A stretch of DNA of 22,825 bases, from NCBI GenBank assembly GCA_965649055.1, contig CBFGJG010000029.1, positions 1 through 22,825 on the forward strand, written 5' to 3'. The DNA comes from a candidate division WOR-3 bacterium (GTDB lineage: Bacteria; Hydrothermota; UBA3072; B12-G15). The translations under genes were made by a program, and so were the position numbers. Of this stretch, positions 1-8,506 are shown piece by piece; positions within the stretch are counted from its first letter, which is position 1, and every line of letters begins with the position of its first letter. Under the pieces are notes generated by a model. The model was given only the letters and a program-made list of their open reading frames with translations, made no database searches and was not told the DNA's origin.

Positions 1-13
1 ATGATAAAATTTT

Positions 14-41
14 TAGACAAAACTTAAATGTTAATTATAAT
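14..41 (+). promoter_or_regulatory. Putative sigma70-type promoter (TAGACA-N16-TATAAT)
   Basis: TAGACA at 14-19 and a perfect TATAAT at 36-41 with a 16-bp spacer, upstream of the 132 gene. AT-rich background lowers confidence. Confidence 0.45.
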
Positions 42-96
42 AAATTGTACCACCATGTCCCTGATCTTCCCGAATTAAATCTATTTTTTTATTTTC

Positions 97-124
97 TTGA
101 CTTAACGGAAAAGTGAATAATAAT
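97..124 (+). promoter_or_regulatory. Putative sigma70-type promoter (TTGACT-N16-AATAAT), predicting a leaderless mRNA
   Basis: TTGACT at 97-102, AATAAT at 119-124 (alternatively TAATAT at 121-126). ATG follows at 132 with no Shine-Dalgarno. Confidence 0.5.
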
Positions 125-131
125 ATTAATA

Positions 132-1523
132 ATGAAATTAATAAGGATTAATGAAAAAATCATCTTTTTTTTATCTATTTTTTATATATTTTTTTTATTT
201 TTTTTATTTTATCCACCATTTTATTCAATAATGGATGAGTGTGATTATCTCACAACTTCCTATACTCTAAAAAAAGGAACTTTCTTTCTCGATAAGGCAG
301 GTATTTATCCAACAACTGCAACTGTTATTGGTGAAAAACACATGTTTTCAAAATTCCCACCAGGTAATTCTATTTTACTTTTTCCATTCACTTCAATTAA
401 TTGGCGTTTTGGATTTCTTGTTAATTTTATTTTGTATCTTTTAACTTTCTTCATTTTTTTACAAATCCTGACAATACTAAATATTCCTTATTATTTTTCC
501 ATTCTTTTACTTTTACATCCTTCATTAGTTCTGTATTCAAGAACAATGATGAGTGATATACCATCTATGTTTTTCATTCTATCCGGAATTTATCTAATCA
601 TGCGTGAGAAGTATTTTTTATCAGGTCTATTTCTTGGCTATTCATTACTACTGAGATATTCCAATGCCGTTATAATATTTGGGATATTGCTTGGTTACAT
701 TATTCTTAAAAGAAAGGCTATATTTTCTATCTTACTTGGAATATTGATATTCTTAGTAATCCAGGCAATTTACAATATATTTGTAATGGAAGGTTTATTC
801 GCACCTTTTTATCTACCTACTGGTGCTGGTGGTCATTCTTTGGGTTATTTAAAAAAAAGTGGGTTATACTACATCTTAGCATTAAATCTGATATACCCTC
901 TTATGCTTCTAATATTTTTTTCTTCTCTAAAACAAAAAAAATATATAATTCTCTCTCTTCCTACCCTATTAAATATCTTCTTCTTCTCATTTTATTATTA
1001 TATTGACAAAGGAAACACATTTTATGAGACGCTTATAAAGGGACAAAGATTTATGATTCCGGTTCTTCCTTTATTGATTATAATTTACTCTGATTTCATA
1101 AAAAAAATTAGATATGTAAAACATTTCTTATTCCTCTCTTCTATTTTACTTTTAATTATTTCTTTTTTAATAAGCCTTAAACTTTATAACTTTCAGAAAG
1201 AAAAATTACTGTTAAAAGACATAGTCTACAATAATACAATAGAATCTGACATTGTAATTTGTAATGGAGAAGTCGGCAAATTAATTAATCCATTTTTCGG
1301 TAACAAAAAATGGAAAGACTATTCAATTTATGGAAAACTGATCATTAAGAAGGATGATTTTAAAGACTATAAAAATATTTATCTCTGCTTTATTGATTCG
1401 GGTAAAGAAGGAAAAGAGAAAGAAATATTTTTTGATTCTGTTTTAGTTATCTTCAATGTTCAAAAAATTATTGAATTAGAAAAACCTAAATATCTTGTTA
1501 TTTATAGAGTTATAGATAATTAA
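132..1523 (+). CDS. Polytopic membrane glycosyltransferase, GT-C fold (PMT/ArnT-like)
   Basis: 463 aa with many hydrophobic TM segments, an acidic DE pair after TM1 (SIMDECDY), KFPPG, MSDIP and late RF-x-x-P motifs, and a soluble C-terminal tail, as typical of GT-C enzymes. Confidence 0.75.
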   Translation: MKLIRINEKIIFFLSIFYIFFLFFLFYPPFYSIMDECDYLTTSYTLKKGTFFLDKAGIYPTTATVIGEKHMFSKFPPGNSILLFPFTSINWRFGFLVNFILYLLTFFIFLQILTILNIPYYFSILLLLHPSLVLYSRTMMSDIPSMFFILSGIYLIMREKYFLSGLFLGYSLLLRYSNAVIIFGILLGYIILKRKAIFSILLGILIFLVIQAIYNIFVMEGLFAPFYLPTGAGGHSLGYLKKSGLYYILALNLIYPLMLLIFFSSLKQKKYIILSLPTLLNIFFFSFYYYIDKGNTFYETLIKGQRFMIPVLPLLIIIYSDFIKKIRYVKHFLFLSSILLLIISFLISLKLYNFQKEKLLLKDIVYNNTIESDIVICNGEVGKLINPFFGNKKWKDYSIYGKLIIKKDDFKDYKNIYLCFIDSGKEGKEKEIFFDSVLVIFNVQKIIELEKPKYLVIYRVIDN

Positions 1524-1524
1524 A

Positions 1525-2235
1525 TTATTTTCTCCCAATTGCAACAATTGATAACCCTATATGAGGAATAGACTTCTTTTCTACTTTTTCTATAAAAGGG
1601 ATTAATTTATCAAATAATAGAATCTGCCAGTACGATAGTCTTTCCTTTTTTCTCAATTTACTGGTTACAAACCAACCAAAAATACCTAAAAAATTGCTGT
1701 AATGTATTTTTTCAATTTTGAAACCAACCTCTTTTAATAAATTTTCCAATGGTTCTTTGTTATATCTTCTGAAATGTCCCAAGTTTTTATCAACATTACC
1801 AAACAAATAACTCAATGCAGGAACATATAAAAGTAATCTGCCACCTTTCCTGAGTAGTTTAAAAATATTTTCAAGTGCCTTTCTATCATCCTTTATATGT
1901 TCTAAAACGTTAACACAAACGATTGTATCAAAATGTCTATTTGATAAAGCAAGGACATCAGAAGAAGATATATCATAATTATAAAATTTAATTTTTGGAT
2001 AATCAATTCTAATATGGGAAATAAAATACTCAGATATATCAATACATTCTAATTCACCAAAATCTTTTAAATAATAAGTTAGGTTACCTATTCCACATCC
2101 AATTTCGAGTATTTTCTTTCCAATATATGGTCTGAATAAGTTTATAATCCATCTATTATAATTTGTAGTTAGTGAGAATGTTCTCAGAGTCTCATATGCT
2201 ATTAAAGATAGATTAAAATCTTTACTATTTAAAAT
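1525..2235 (-). CDS. Class I SAM-dependent methyltransferase (~236 aa); the ORF track shows only its C-terminal 96 aa
   Basis: Manual translation: the frame is open from 2238 to the stop at 1525-1527 and contains motif I (KILEIGCGIGNLT), CIDISEYF and FDTIVCVNVLEHIKDDRKALENIFKLLRKGGRLLLYVPA. No ATG/GTG/TTG upstream of 1815; start inferred at ATT 2233-2235 with GGAG 6 nt upstream. Confidence 0.85.
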   Translation of the reverse strand: MLNSKDFNLSLIAYETLRTFSLTTNYNRWIINLFRPYIGKKILEIGCGIGNLTYYLKDFGELECIDISEYFISHIRIDYPKIKFYNYDISSSDVLALSNRHFDTIVCVNVLEHIKDDRKALENIFKLLRKGGRLLLYVPALSYLFGNVDKNLGHFRRYNKEPLENLLKEVGFKIEKIHYSNFLGIFGWFVTSKLRKKERLSYWQILLFDKLIPFIEKVEKKSIPHIGLSIVAIGRK

Positions 2236-2944
2236 ATTCTACTCCGTTTTTAAATATCTTAAAACCATCACCACCATTTTTTGCATCAGGTGTAGAATGC
2301 CTGAAAATATTCCTTTCAGGATGTGGCATTAGACCAAAAACATTTCCTGTTATATCAGTCATACCTGCAATATCGAATTCTGAGCCTGAAGGATTAAAAC
2401 CAACATATTTTAAGGCAATAAGTTCATTTTCAATTATTAGATTTCTTGAAGCATCATCCTTAAATATTACCCTGCCTTCCTTGTTAGCAACAGGAAGCGG
2501 TATTTCATCTATATCAAAAAGAAAAGGTGTTCTTTTACTAGACCTTTTTACTTTTATCCATCCGTCATAAAACATACCAATTTTATTCGTGGTCAAGGTC
2601 ATAATCTGTTCGTCTGTTATTCCGGGTATTAAACCTGTCTTAACAAGTATCTGAAAACCATTACATATACCGATTATTAATCCTCCTCTATTGATAAACT
2701 CTTTCAATTCATTAAACAAAAAATTTTTTAGCAATATTGAAAAAACCTTCCCTGCACCAAGGTCATCTCCAAAAGTAAAACCACCCGGAATTGCTACAAT
2801 CTGAAATTCTTTAATCTTTTCCCTATTCTCTATAAGGCTTTTTATATATATGTTTTCAACAGATGCACCAGCTTTAATGAATGCAAATTCTGTTTCTCTA
2901 TCACAGTTTGTTCCCGGACCTCGCAGGTTTAGAACCTTTACCAT
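2225..2944 (-). CDS. purQ: Phosphoribosylformylglycinamidine synthase glutaminase subunit
   Basis: PGTNCD, PGGFTFGDDLGAG, GICNGFQILV (catalytic Cys) and GLMPHPER (His/Glu of the triad); adjacent to purL. Confidence 0.96.
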   Translation of the reverse strand: MVKVLNLRGPGTNCDRETEFAFIKAGASVENIYIKSLIENREKIKEFQIVAIPGGFTFGDDLGAGKVFSILLKNFLFNELKEFINRGGLIIGICNGFQILVKTGLIPGITDEQIMTLTTNKIGMFYDGWIKVKRSSKRTPFLFDIDEIPLPVANKEGRVIFKDDASRNLIIENELIALKYVGFNPSGSEFDIAGMTDITGNVFGLMPHPERNIFRHSTPDAKNGGDGFKIFKNGVEYFK

Positions 2945-5715
2945 TTTATTCCTTCCCTGTATATTTTATATACATCACTGATATTTAATGAAATTATTTC
3001 TCTTTTATCTTTAAAACACTTTATGTAATCTCTTATTGTTTTCCCAATTTTAATAAATGGAAGGCCTTGGAAAAATCTTTCGAATTCATCACTTTTATCC
3101 TTATCAACTTCGACAATAAATCTTGAATTTGATTCGCTGAATAAAAAAACAAAAGGATTTATTTGAGGAGCCAATTTTATCTCAGCACCTATTCTATTTG
3201 CAAAACACATTTCTGATAAAGAAACAATTAATCCACCATCTGAAATATCATGGATTGACTTGAATAAATTCCTTCTTATTCCATTTCTAATTCTCAAAAG
3301 TATATCCCTTGCAAAATCTGTATTTACCCTTGGGACCACACCGGATATATTTATTATTTTCGAGATCTGAGAACCGCCAAATTCCTCTTTTGTTTCTCCA
3401 ATCAGGTATATGAGATTATTCTCTTCCTTAAAATCGGAACTACAAATATTTTCACTATCTATTACAGATATTGCTGAAATTAACAATGTCGGCGGTATTG
3501 AGATTAAATCCTTATCAATCTTATATTTATTATTTAAACTATCTTTACCTGAAATAAAAGGAACACGATAGTATTTTGCAAAATCATAACAACCTTTTGC
3601 AGTCAATAATAGGTCTCCTAATACATATTCGTCTTCAACATCACCAAAACAAAAATTATCAAGTATAGCACATTTTTCTATATCCCCACCACAAGAAACA
3701 TTATTCCTTAAAGCTTCATCTATACAAGAAGCTGCCATCCAGTAAGGATTTATCTTACCAAAATTCGGATTTATTCCATTTGATATCACCAAAGCCTTAT
3801 TGGAATCAAGTAAAGGCTTTACTACTGCCCCATCCTGTGGTGAAGGATTCATTGGTTTTAACACACTTCCACCCTGAACCTCATGGTCATATTGTCTAAT
3901 AACCCATTCTTTACTTGCAATATCTGGTAGGGAAATCAATTTCAAAAACAATTCCTCATAATCTTCTGTATCAGGGATTTCTGTTATTGATTCTCTTTCT
4001 CTTATCTTAGCATTCAATACCCTCTTCGGTATACCATTATGCAAGAAATCCATATCAAGTTCACAAACCTTTTTTTCATTATAGTATAATTTTAATTTTT
4101 TATCATCTGTAAACTTTCCTAATACTGTTGCTTCAACATCTTCCTCCTTAAAAATTTTAATAATCCTGTCTAAATTTTTGTAATCTACTCCAAGAACCAT
4201 CCTTTCCTGAGATTCTGATATCCATATCTCAGTATATGATAATCCCTTATATTTCAAAGGGACCTTTTCAAGATGAACTTCTGCACCTGTGTCTTTCCCC
4301 ATCTCACCTATTGCAGAAGACAAACCACCTGCTCCACAATCAGTAATACTCTTTATCAATCCTTCATCTGTTGCCTTAAGGATACAATCCAGCATCTTTT
4401 TTTCTTCGATTGGATTTCCTATCTGAACAGCGGTTATTGACTTTTCAAAAGATTCATCATCAAGTTCTTTTGATGAGAATGTAGCACCATGAATACCATC
4501 CCTTCCTGTCCTACCACCAACAAGGAGAATTATATCCCCGGGCTCCACCTTCTTTTCAATATCTTTTTTCTTTATAATCCCAACACTACCACAAAAAACA
4601 AGTGGGTTATATAGAAAATCATCACTGAATATTATTGCACCATTCAATGTAGGAATACCCATTCTATTTCCATAATCCGCAACACCTTTTACGACACCTC
4701 TTATAATCCTTCTTGGTGGAAGATTAGGTGATTTTGAATCTGGATTAGGGAAACAAAAGATATCAGTGTTTGCAATTGGTTTTGCACCTTTCCCAGTTCC
4801 AATAGTATCCCTTATAACACCACCTATACCTGTTCCAGCACCACCATAAGGTTCAATCGCAGAAGGATGATTGTGCGTTTCGACCTTAAAAGTTACACCA
4901 TAATCTTTGTCGAATTCTATAACACCGGCATTATCTTTAAATACTGAAAGACAGATCTTCGAAGCGATTTCATCTGTTGCCTTCTTTATATAATCCTTAA
5001 AAAGAGAACCTTTATTTTCACCATTTAAAATAATATCTGCTTTAAAAGTTTTATGATAACAATGCTCACTCCAAGTTTGTGCTATTGTCTCAAGTTCACA
5101 ATCACTTGGATTCCTTCCCAAATCCACAAAATACTTCTTTATTGCCTTCATTTCTTCAAGTGATAAAGAAAGAACACCTTCTTTTGAAATCTTCAATAGT
5201 TCGTCATCTTTAGCATATAATATAGGAACTTCTATATATTTAAAATTATAATCCTGAACATATATAAATACCCTTTCTTCTTCTTCAATAACATCTTCTA
5301 TAACAGGATTTGACAGGATACTTTTTATAAGATATTCTTTTTCTTCCACTTTAATTTTACCTTTTATGTTATATCTTTTCCCTGTTCTTGCATTTTCAAC
5401 TTTAAGATTTAATGTATTACATATGTTGAGAAGGGTCTCTCCTGTTGAATCAAAAACAGATGGTTTAAAAGTGATAAGTATTGAATTGTCGAATCTCTTA
5501 AACGAATCGTTAATTATGTAATCTTCTATAACCGGGTCAACAATTATATTTTTAGCGATAAAATCTGCATCATTGTAAGAAATATTTCCTTTTATAAAAT
5601 AAACATCAACAACCTCTATATTATCAACATTTATACCGGAAAATGCAGCAAGTGTTTTTAATTCATTGCTTTCTCCCAATCCAAATTTTTTCGAAACCTC
5701 GATCTTATAAATCAT
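2938..5715 (-). CDS. purL: Phosphoribosylformylglycinamidine synthase synthetase subunit with N-terminal PurS-like extension
   Basis: WSEHCYHK, KVETHNHPSAIEPYGGAGTGIGGVIRD, GRDGIHGATFSS, DCGAGGLSS, SESQERM, QYDHEV, ISGKDSL and HDISDGG motifs. 925 aa, with ~150 extra N-terminal residues ending in DPVIE / NPVIE repeats. Confidence 0.96.
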   Translation of the reverse strand: MIYKIEVSKKFGLGESNELKTLAAFSGINVDNIEVVDVYFIKGNISYNDADFIAKNIIVDPVIEDYIINDSFKRFDNSILITFKPSVFDSTGETLLNICNTLNLKVENARTGKRYNIKGKIKVEEKEYLIKSILSNPVIEDVIEEEERVFIYVQDYNFKYIEVPILYAKDDELLKISKEGVLSLSLEEMKAIKKYFVDLGRNPSDCELETIAQTWSEHCYHKTFKADIILNGENKGSLFKDYIKKATDEIASKICLSVFKDNAGVIEFDKDYGVTFKVETHNHPSAIEPYGGAGTGIGGVIRDTIGTGKGAKPIANTDIFCFPNPDSKSPNLPPRRIIRGVVKGVADYGNRMGIPTLNGAIIFSDDFLYNPLVFCGSVGIIKKKDIEKKVEPGDIILLVGGRTGRDGIHGATFSSKELDDESFEKSITAVQIGNPIEEKKMLDCILKATDEGLIKSITDCGAGGLSSAIGEMGKDTGAEVHLEKVPLKYKGLSYTEIWISESQERMVLGVDYKNLDRIIKIFKEEDVEATVLGKFTDDKKLKLYYNEKKVCELDMDFLHNGIPKRVLNAKIRERESITEIPDTEDYEELFLKLISLPDIASKEWVIRQYDHEVQGGSVLKPMNPSPQDGAVVKPLLDSNKALVISNGINPNFGKINPYWMAASCIDEALRNNVSCGGDIEKCAILDNFCFGDVEDEYVLGDLLLTAKGCYDFAKYYRVPFISGKDSLNNKYKIDKDLISIPPTLLISAISVIDSENICSSDFKEENNLIYLIGETKEEFGGSQISKIINISGVVPRVNTDFARDILLRIRNGIRRNLFKSIHDISDGGLIVSLSEMCFANRIGAEIKLAPQINPFVFLFSESNSRFIVEVDKDKSDEFERFFQGLPFIKIGKTIRDYIKCFKDKREIISLNISDVYKIYREGIKW

Positions 5716-6623
5716 ATAAATCCTCTTGTGTTTTGAAGGTGTCCTCTAAATTTACTTGCAATTCTATATACTTCTAAATACTCTTCTCTTTTCAAAAATC
5801 TGTTTATTTCATCAAATTCCATTGCTTTGTAATATGGATAATACTGGTCCATCAAACTTATATATGTATTTTTTGAAACTTCATTGTACAAAAAATTTAA
5901 AGAGTCAACCGTTCCGCTAATATTATTGGGAAGAACAAGTAGCCTTACAAGTAAACCTTTTCTTGCAACTCCATCTTCCATGACTAAATCACCAACCTGT
6001 CTATACATTTCTTTTATTGCATTTCTATTATATTTGGCATAATTTTTTACATCTGAAAATTTTTCACCATTTTCATTTGAACTGTATCTCATATCAGGCA
6101 TATAAATATCAACTATTCCATCAATCAGTTTTAATGTGTCAACTTTTTCATAACCGAAGGTATTATACACAATTGGGATATTTAATCCATCTTTTTTTGC
6201 AATAAAAATTGCATTAACTATTTGTGGAATAAAATGTGTTGGTGTAACAAGGTTAATATTATGCGCACCTTTAATCTGTAATTCAAGCATAATAACTGAA
6301 AGTTCTTCAACACTTACATAGTGTCCTTCACAGAACTGTGATATTGAAAAATTCTGGCAGTAAACACATCTTGAAGGGCATCCTGAGAAGAATACTGTTC
6401 CAGAACCATTCCTACCTGAAACCGGTGGTTCTTCTCCAAAATGCAGATGAAAAGATGAAATCTTCAATCTTGAATCGCTATTACATTTTCCTTTTTCTCC
6501 CTTATTTCTATTAACCTTACACTCATTTGGGCATAAAACACACCTATCAAGAATCTTATTTAATTCTTCTATCCTCTTTTTAAAAACAAGGTCATCTATT
6601 CTCAAATAACCACTTATAAACAT
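5712..6623 (-). CDS. Radical SAM protein, PflX-like family
   Basis: CxxxCxxC (CPSRCVYCQN), N-terminal CVLCPNECKVNR..GKC, HFGEEPPVSG, NINLVTPTH, DIYMPD and MDQYYP. Confidence 0.88.
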   Translation of the reverse strand: MFISGYLRIDDLVFKKRIEELNKILDRCVLCPNECKVNRNKGEKGKCNSDSRLKISSFHLHFGEEPPVSGRNGSGTVFFSGCPSRCVYCQNFSISQFCEGHYVSVEELSVIMLELQIKGAHNINLVTPTHFIPQIVNAIFIAKKDGLNIPIVYNTFGYEKVDTLKLIDGIVDIYMPDMRYSSNENGEKFSDVKNYAKYNRNAIKEMYRQVGDLVMEDGVARKGLLVRLLVLPNNISGTVDSLNFLYNEVSKNTYISLMDQYYPYYKAMEFDEINRFLKREEYLEVYRIASKFRGHLQNTRGFI

Positions 6624-6629
6624 ATTACC

Positions 6630-6657
6630 ATTATAAAAACAATAAAATTCAAGTCAA
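6630..6657 (-). promoter_or_regulatory. Sigma70-type promoter (TTGACT-N16-TATAAT) for the radical SAM-purL-purQ-MTase unit; leaderless
   Basis: The minus strand reads TTGACT (6657-6652), 16 nt, TATAAT (6635-6630), GGTAAT, ATG (6623-6621). Confidence 0.7.
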
Positions 6658-6671
6658 GTTGATAATTTTAT

Positions 6672-6710
6672 TTGACTTTTATAATCATATATCTAAAATA
6701 GCAGAAAGGA
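6672..6710 (+). promoter_or_regulatory. Sigma70-type promoter (TTGACT-N16-TAAAAT) and RBS for the NifU-like gene
   Basis: TTGACT 6672-6677, TAAAAT 6694-6699, AAGGA 6706-6710, ATG 6717. Confidence 0.6.
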
Positions 6711-6716
6711 AATAAT

Positions 6717-6935
6717 ATGGAAAAGGAAGTTCAAAGGGTTCTTGAAAGAATAAGAAGTATTTTAAGAAGGGATGGTGGGGATATAAGACTTATAAGTGTA
6801 AAAGATGGCATTGTTAAGGTAAGGTTTGAATACGCTTGCAGAGGTTGTCCATCAATGAATGATACTTTAAGAAATATTGTTGAAAAAGAAATAAAAAGAG
6901 AAATCCCTGAGATTAAAAGAGTTGAAGCAGTTTAA
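6717..6935 (+). CDS. NifU C-terminal domain (Nfu-type) Fe-S carrier protein
   Basis: 72 aa, IRSILRRDGGDIRL...ACRGCPS (Nfu CxxC); has RBS and promoter. Confidence 0.9.
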   Translation: MEKEVQRVLERIRSILRRDGGDIRLISVKDGIVKVRFEYACRGCPSMNDTLRNIVEKEIKREIPEIKRVEAV

Positions 6936-8506
6936 TACCTGAAACTGCTCCCACCAATAAATTCCCTCAATATTGAAGTAGGTGGAATTTCATCTTCAGA
7001 TATTGGAAGGAAATGATTCAAGAAATTTAGCAATCTCAATGCTTCACAATAATATTCATCATCATAAGTTATAGACCTTAAAGGAGTTTCAACATAATTC
7101 TTTAAAACTGCAAGTTCATAAACAAGTGAGGAATTGAACATAACATCTGCGTTTTCTTGGAATTTGAAGATATGTTCTTCTTCGCCCTTTATTACACTCT
7201 TCCATCTTGCAAGTGTAACAGCGGGTGGATTCCCGCGAAATAAAGTATCCCTAAAAATCCTTCTTATCAGTCTTACATCCCTTGTTGGTATTCTGTTCAG
7301 GCTATTGATATTAAGTTGAGTCAATGCGCTAACATATATTTTAAATTTTAATTCTTCTTTTATTGACTCTGTTAAAAGAGGATTCAATGAATGTAATCCT
7401 TCAATAATTATAACCTCATCCTTTTCAAGTTTCATTTTATTACCATTCCATTCTCTTTTTCCCTTTTTAAAATTAAATGTTGGAATTTCAATTTCCTCTC
7501 CCTTTATCAGACTCGTAAGGTGTTTATTAAAAAGGTCCAAATCCAACGCTTTTATAGAATCAAAATAATAAGCACCTGTTTCATCTCTTGGTGTCTTATC
7601 TCTATCAACAAAATAATCATCAAGACCTATCACCTTTGGTTTTATTCCGTTTACTCTGAGATGTACACCAAGCCTCTTTGAAAAAGTTGTCTTACCAGAA
7701 GAACTTGGTCCAGCTATAAGTATTATCTTTGATTTTCTTTTAGTAATTTCGTCTGCAATATAAGCAATCTTTTTTTCATGAAAAGACTCTGCTACCTTTA
7801 TTATATCAGATATTCTGTTGGAAACTATAGCGTCATTCAATTCTCCAACACTTCCAATTCCAAGTATTTCAGCCCATTGATTTGATTCGTTATAGGTATT
7901 CAGCAATTTCGTCCTTTTTTCTATCTTTGATAGCCTGAAAGGATCTTCAGATGATGGCAAAATAATAAGGAATCCATTATCAAGTTCTTTTATGTGAAAA
8001 ATCTTTATAAATCCAGTTGAAGGTAGTAACGGTCCTGCAAAATATCTCATATAATTATTAAGGCAATAGATTGGAATAAATTCTTTTGAAAGGTATTTTA
8101 TAGTATTAAAATCTTCTATGCTCCCATCCTTCTTAAAGATGTTCATAGCCTCTATCTTGGATACCCTTGTTTCAACAATTCTAACATCATCTTTTATGAC
8201 TTTTAGCATCTCTTTCTTTACTTCTCTAAGGTCGAGTTTCCCTTTTACAATTTCTCCAAATAATGCCCCACCAAATGAATGCTCTATCTTAATTGTGCAA
8301 TTATGTTTATATGCTATATAAGAAAAAAGAAATGATAAAGTCCTTTCATATGTTCTCACACCTTCTCTATGAGACATATCAATCAGTTTGAGGGAGCCAT
8401 ATGATGGTATATAAGAACCAAGACCAGTATAGATATTATCTACAAGTGCAAGTGTAGTTGGATATTTAATATCTTTCAAAATATTTATAACATTCTTTTC
8501 ATTCAT
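6932..8506 (-). CDS. Long-form nucleoside/uridine kinase family protein with ThrRS-like N-terminal region
   Basis: Walker A IAGPSSSGKTT, LDDYFVDR, IIEGLHSLNP, RLIRRIFRD, FNSSLVYEL and SILREFIGGS, typical of the ~550-aa Udk-like family. Confidence 0.88.
   Translation of the reverse strand: MNEKNVINILKDIKYPTTLALVDNIYTGLGSYIPSYGSLKLIDMSHREGVRTYERTLSFLFSYIAYKHNCTIKIEHSFGGALFGEIVKGKLDLREVKKEMLKVIKDDVRIVETRVSKIEAMNIFKKDGSIEDFNTIKYLSKEFIPIYCLNNYMRYFAGPLLPSTGFIKIFHIKELDNGFLIILPSSEDPFRLSKIEKRTKLLNTYNESNQWAEILGIGSVGELNDAIVSNRISDIIKVAESFHEKKIAYIADEITKRKSKIILIAGPSSSGKTTFSKRLGVHLRVNGIKPKVIGLDDYFVDRDKTPRDETGAYYFDSIKALDLDLFNKHLTSLIKGEEIEIPTFNFKKGKREWNGNKMKLEKDEVIIIEGLHSLNPLLTESIKEELKFKIYVSALTQLNINSLNRIPTRDVRLIRRIFRDTLFRGNPPAVTLARWKSVIKGEEEHIFKFQENADVMFNSSLVYELAVLKNYVETPLRSITYDDEYYCEALRLLNFLNHFLPISEDEIPPTSILREFIGGSSFRY

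Noticed and set aside
1..131. c-di-GMP/cGAMP (GEMM) or purine riboswitch in intergenic DNA
   Set aside because: No matching stems or conserved GEMM elements are visible in this or the other short intergenic regions.
1525..1815. 96-aa ORF as a standalone gene or pseudogene remnant
   Set aside because: The same frame continues without stops to 2238 and holds the SAM-binding motif, so it is the C-terminus of a full-length methyltransferase.
6660..6693. Fur-box-like sequence (GATAAT.., ATAATCAT) upstream of the Nfu gene
   Set aside because: Only partial matches, no proper palindrome, and expected by chance in AT-rich DNA.
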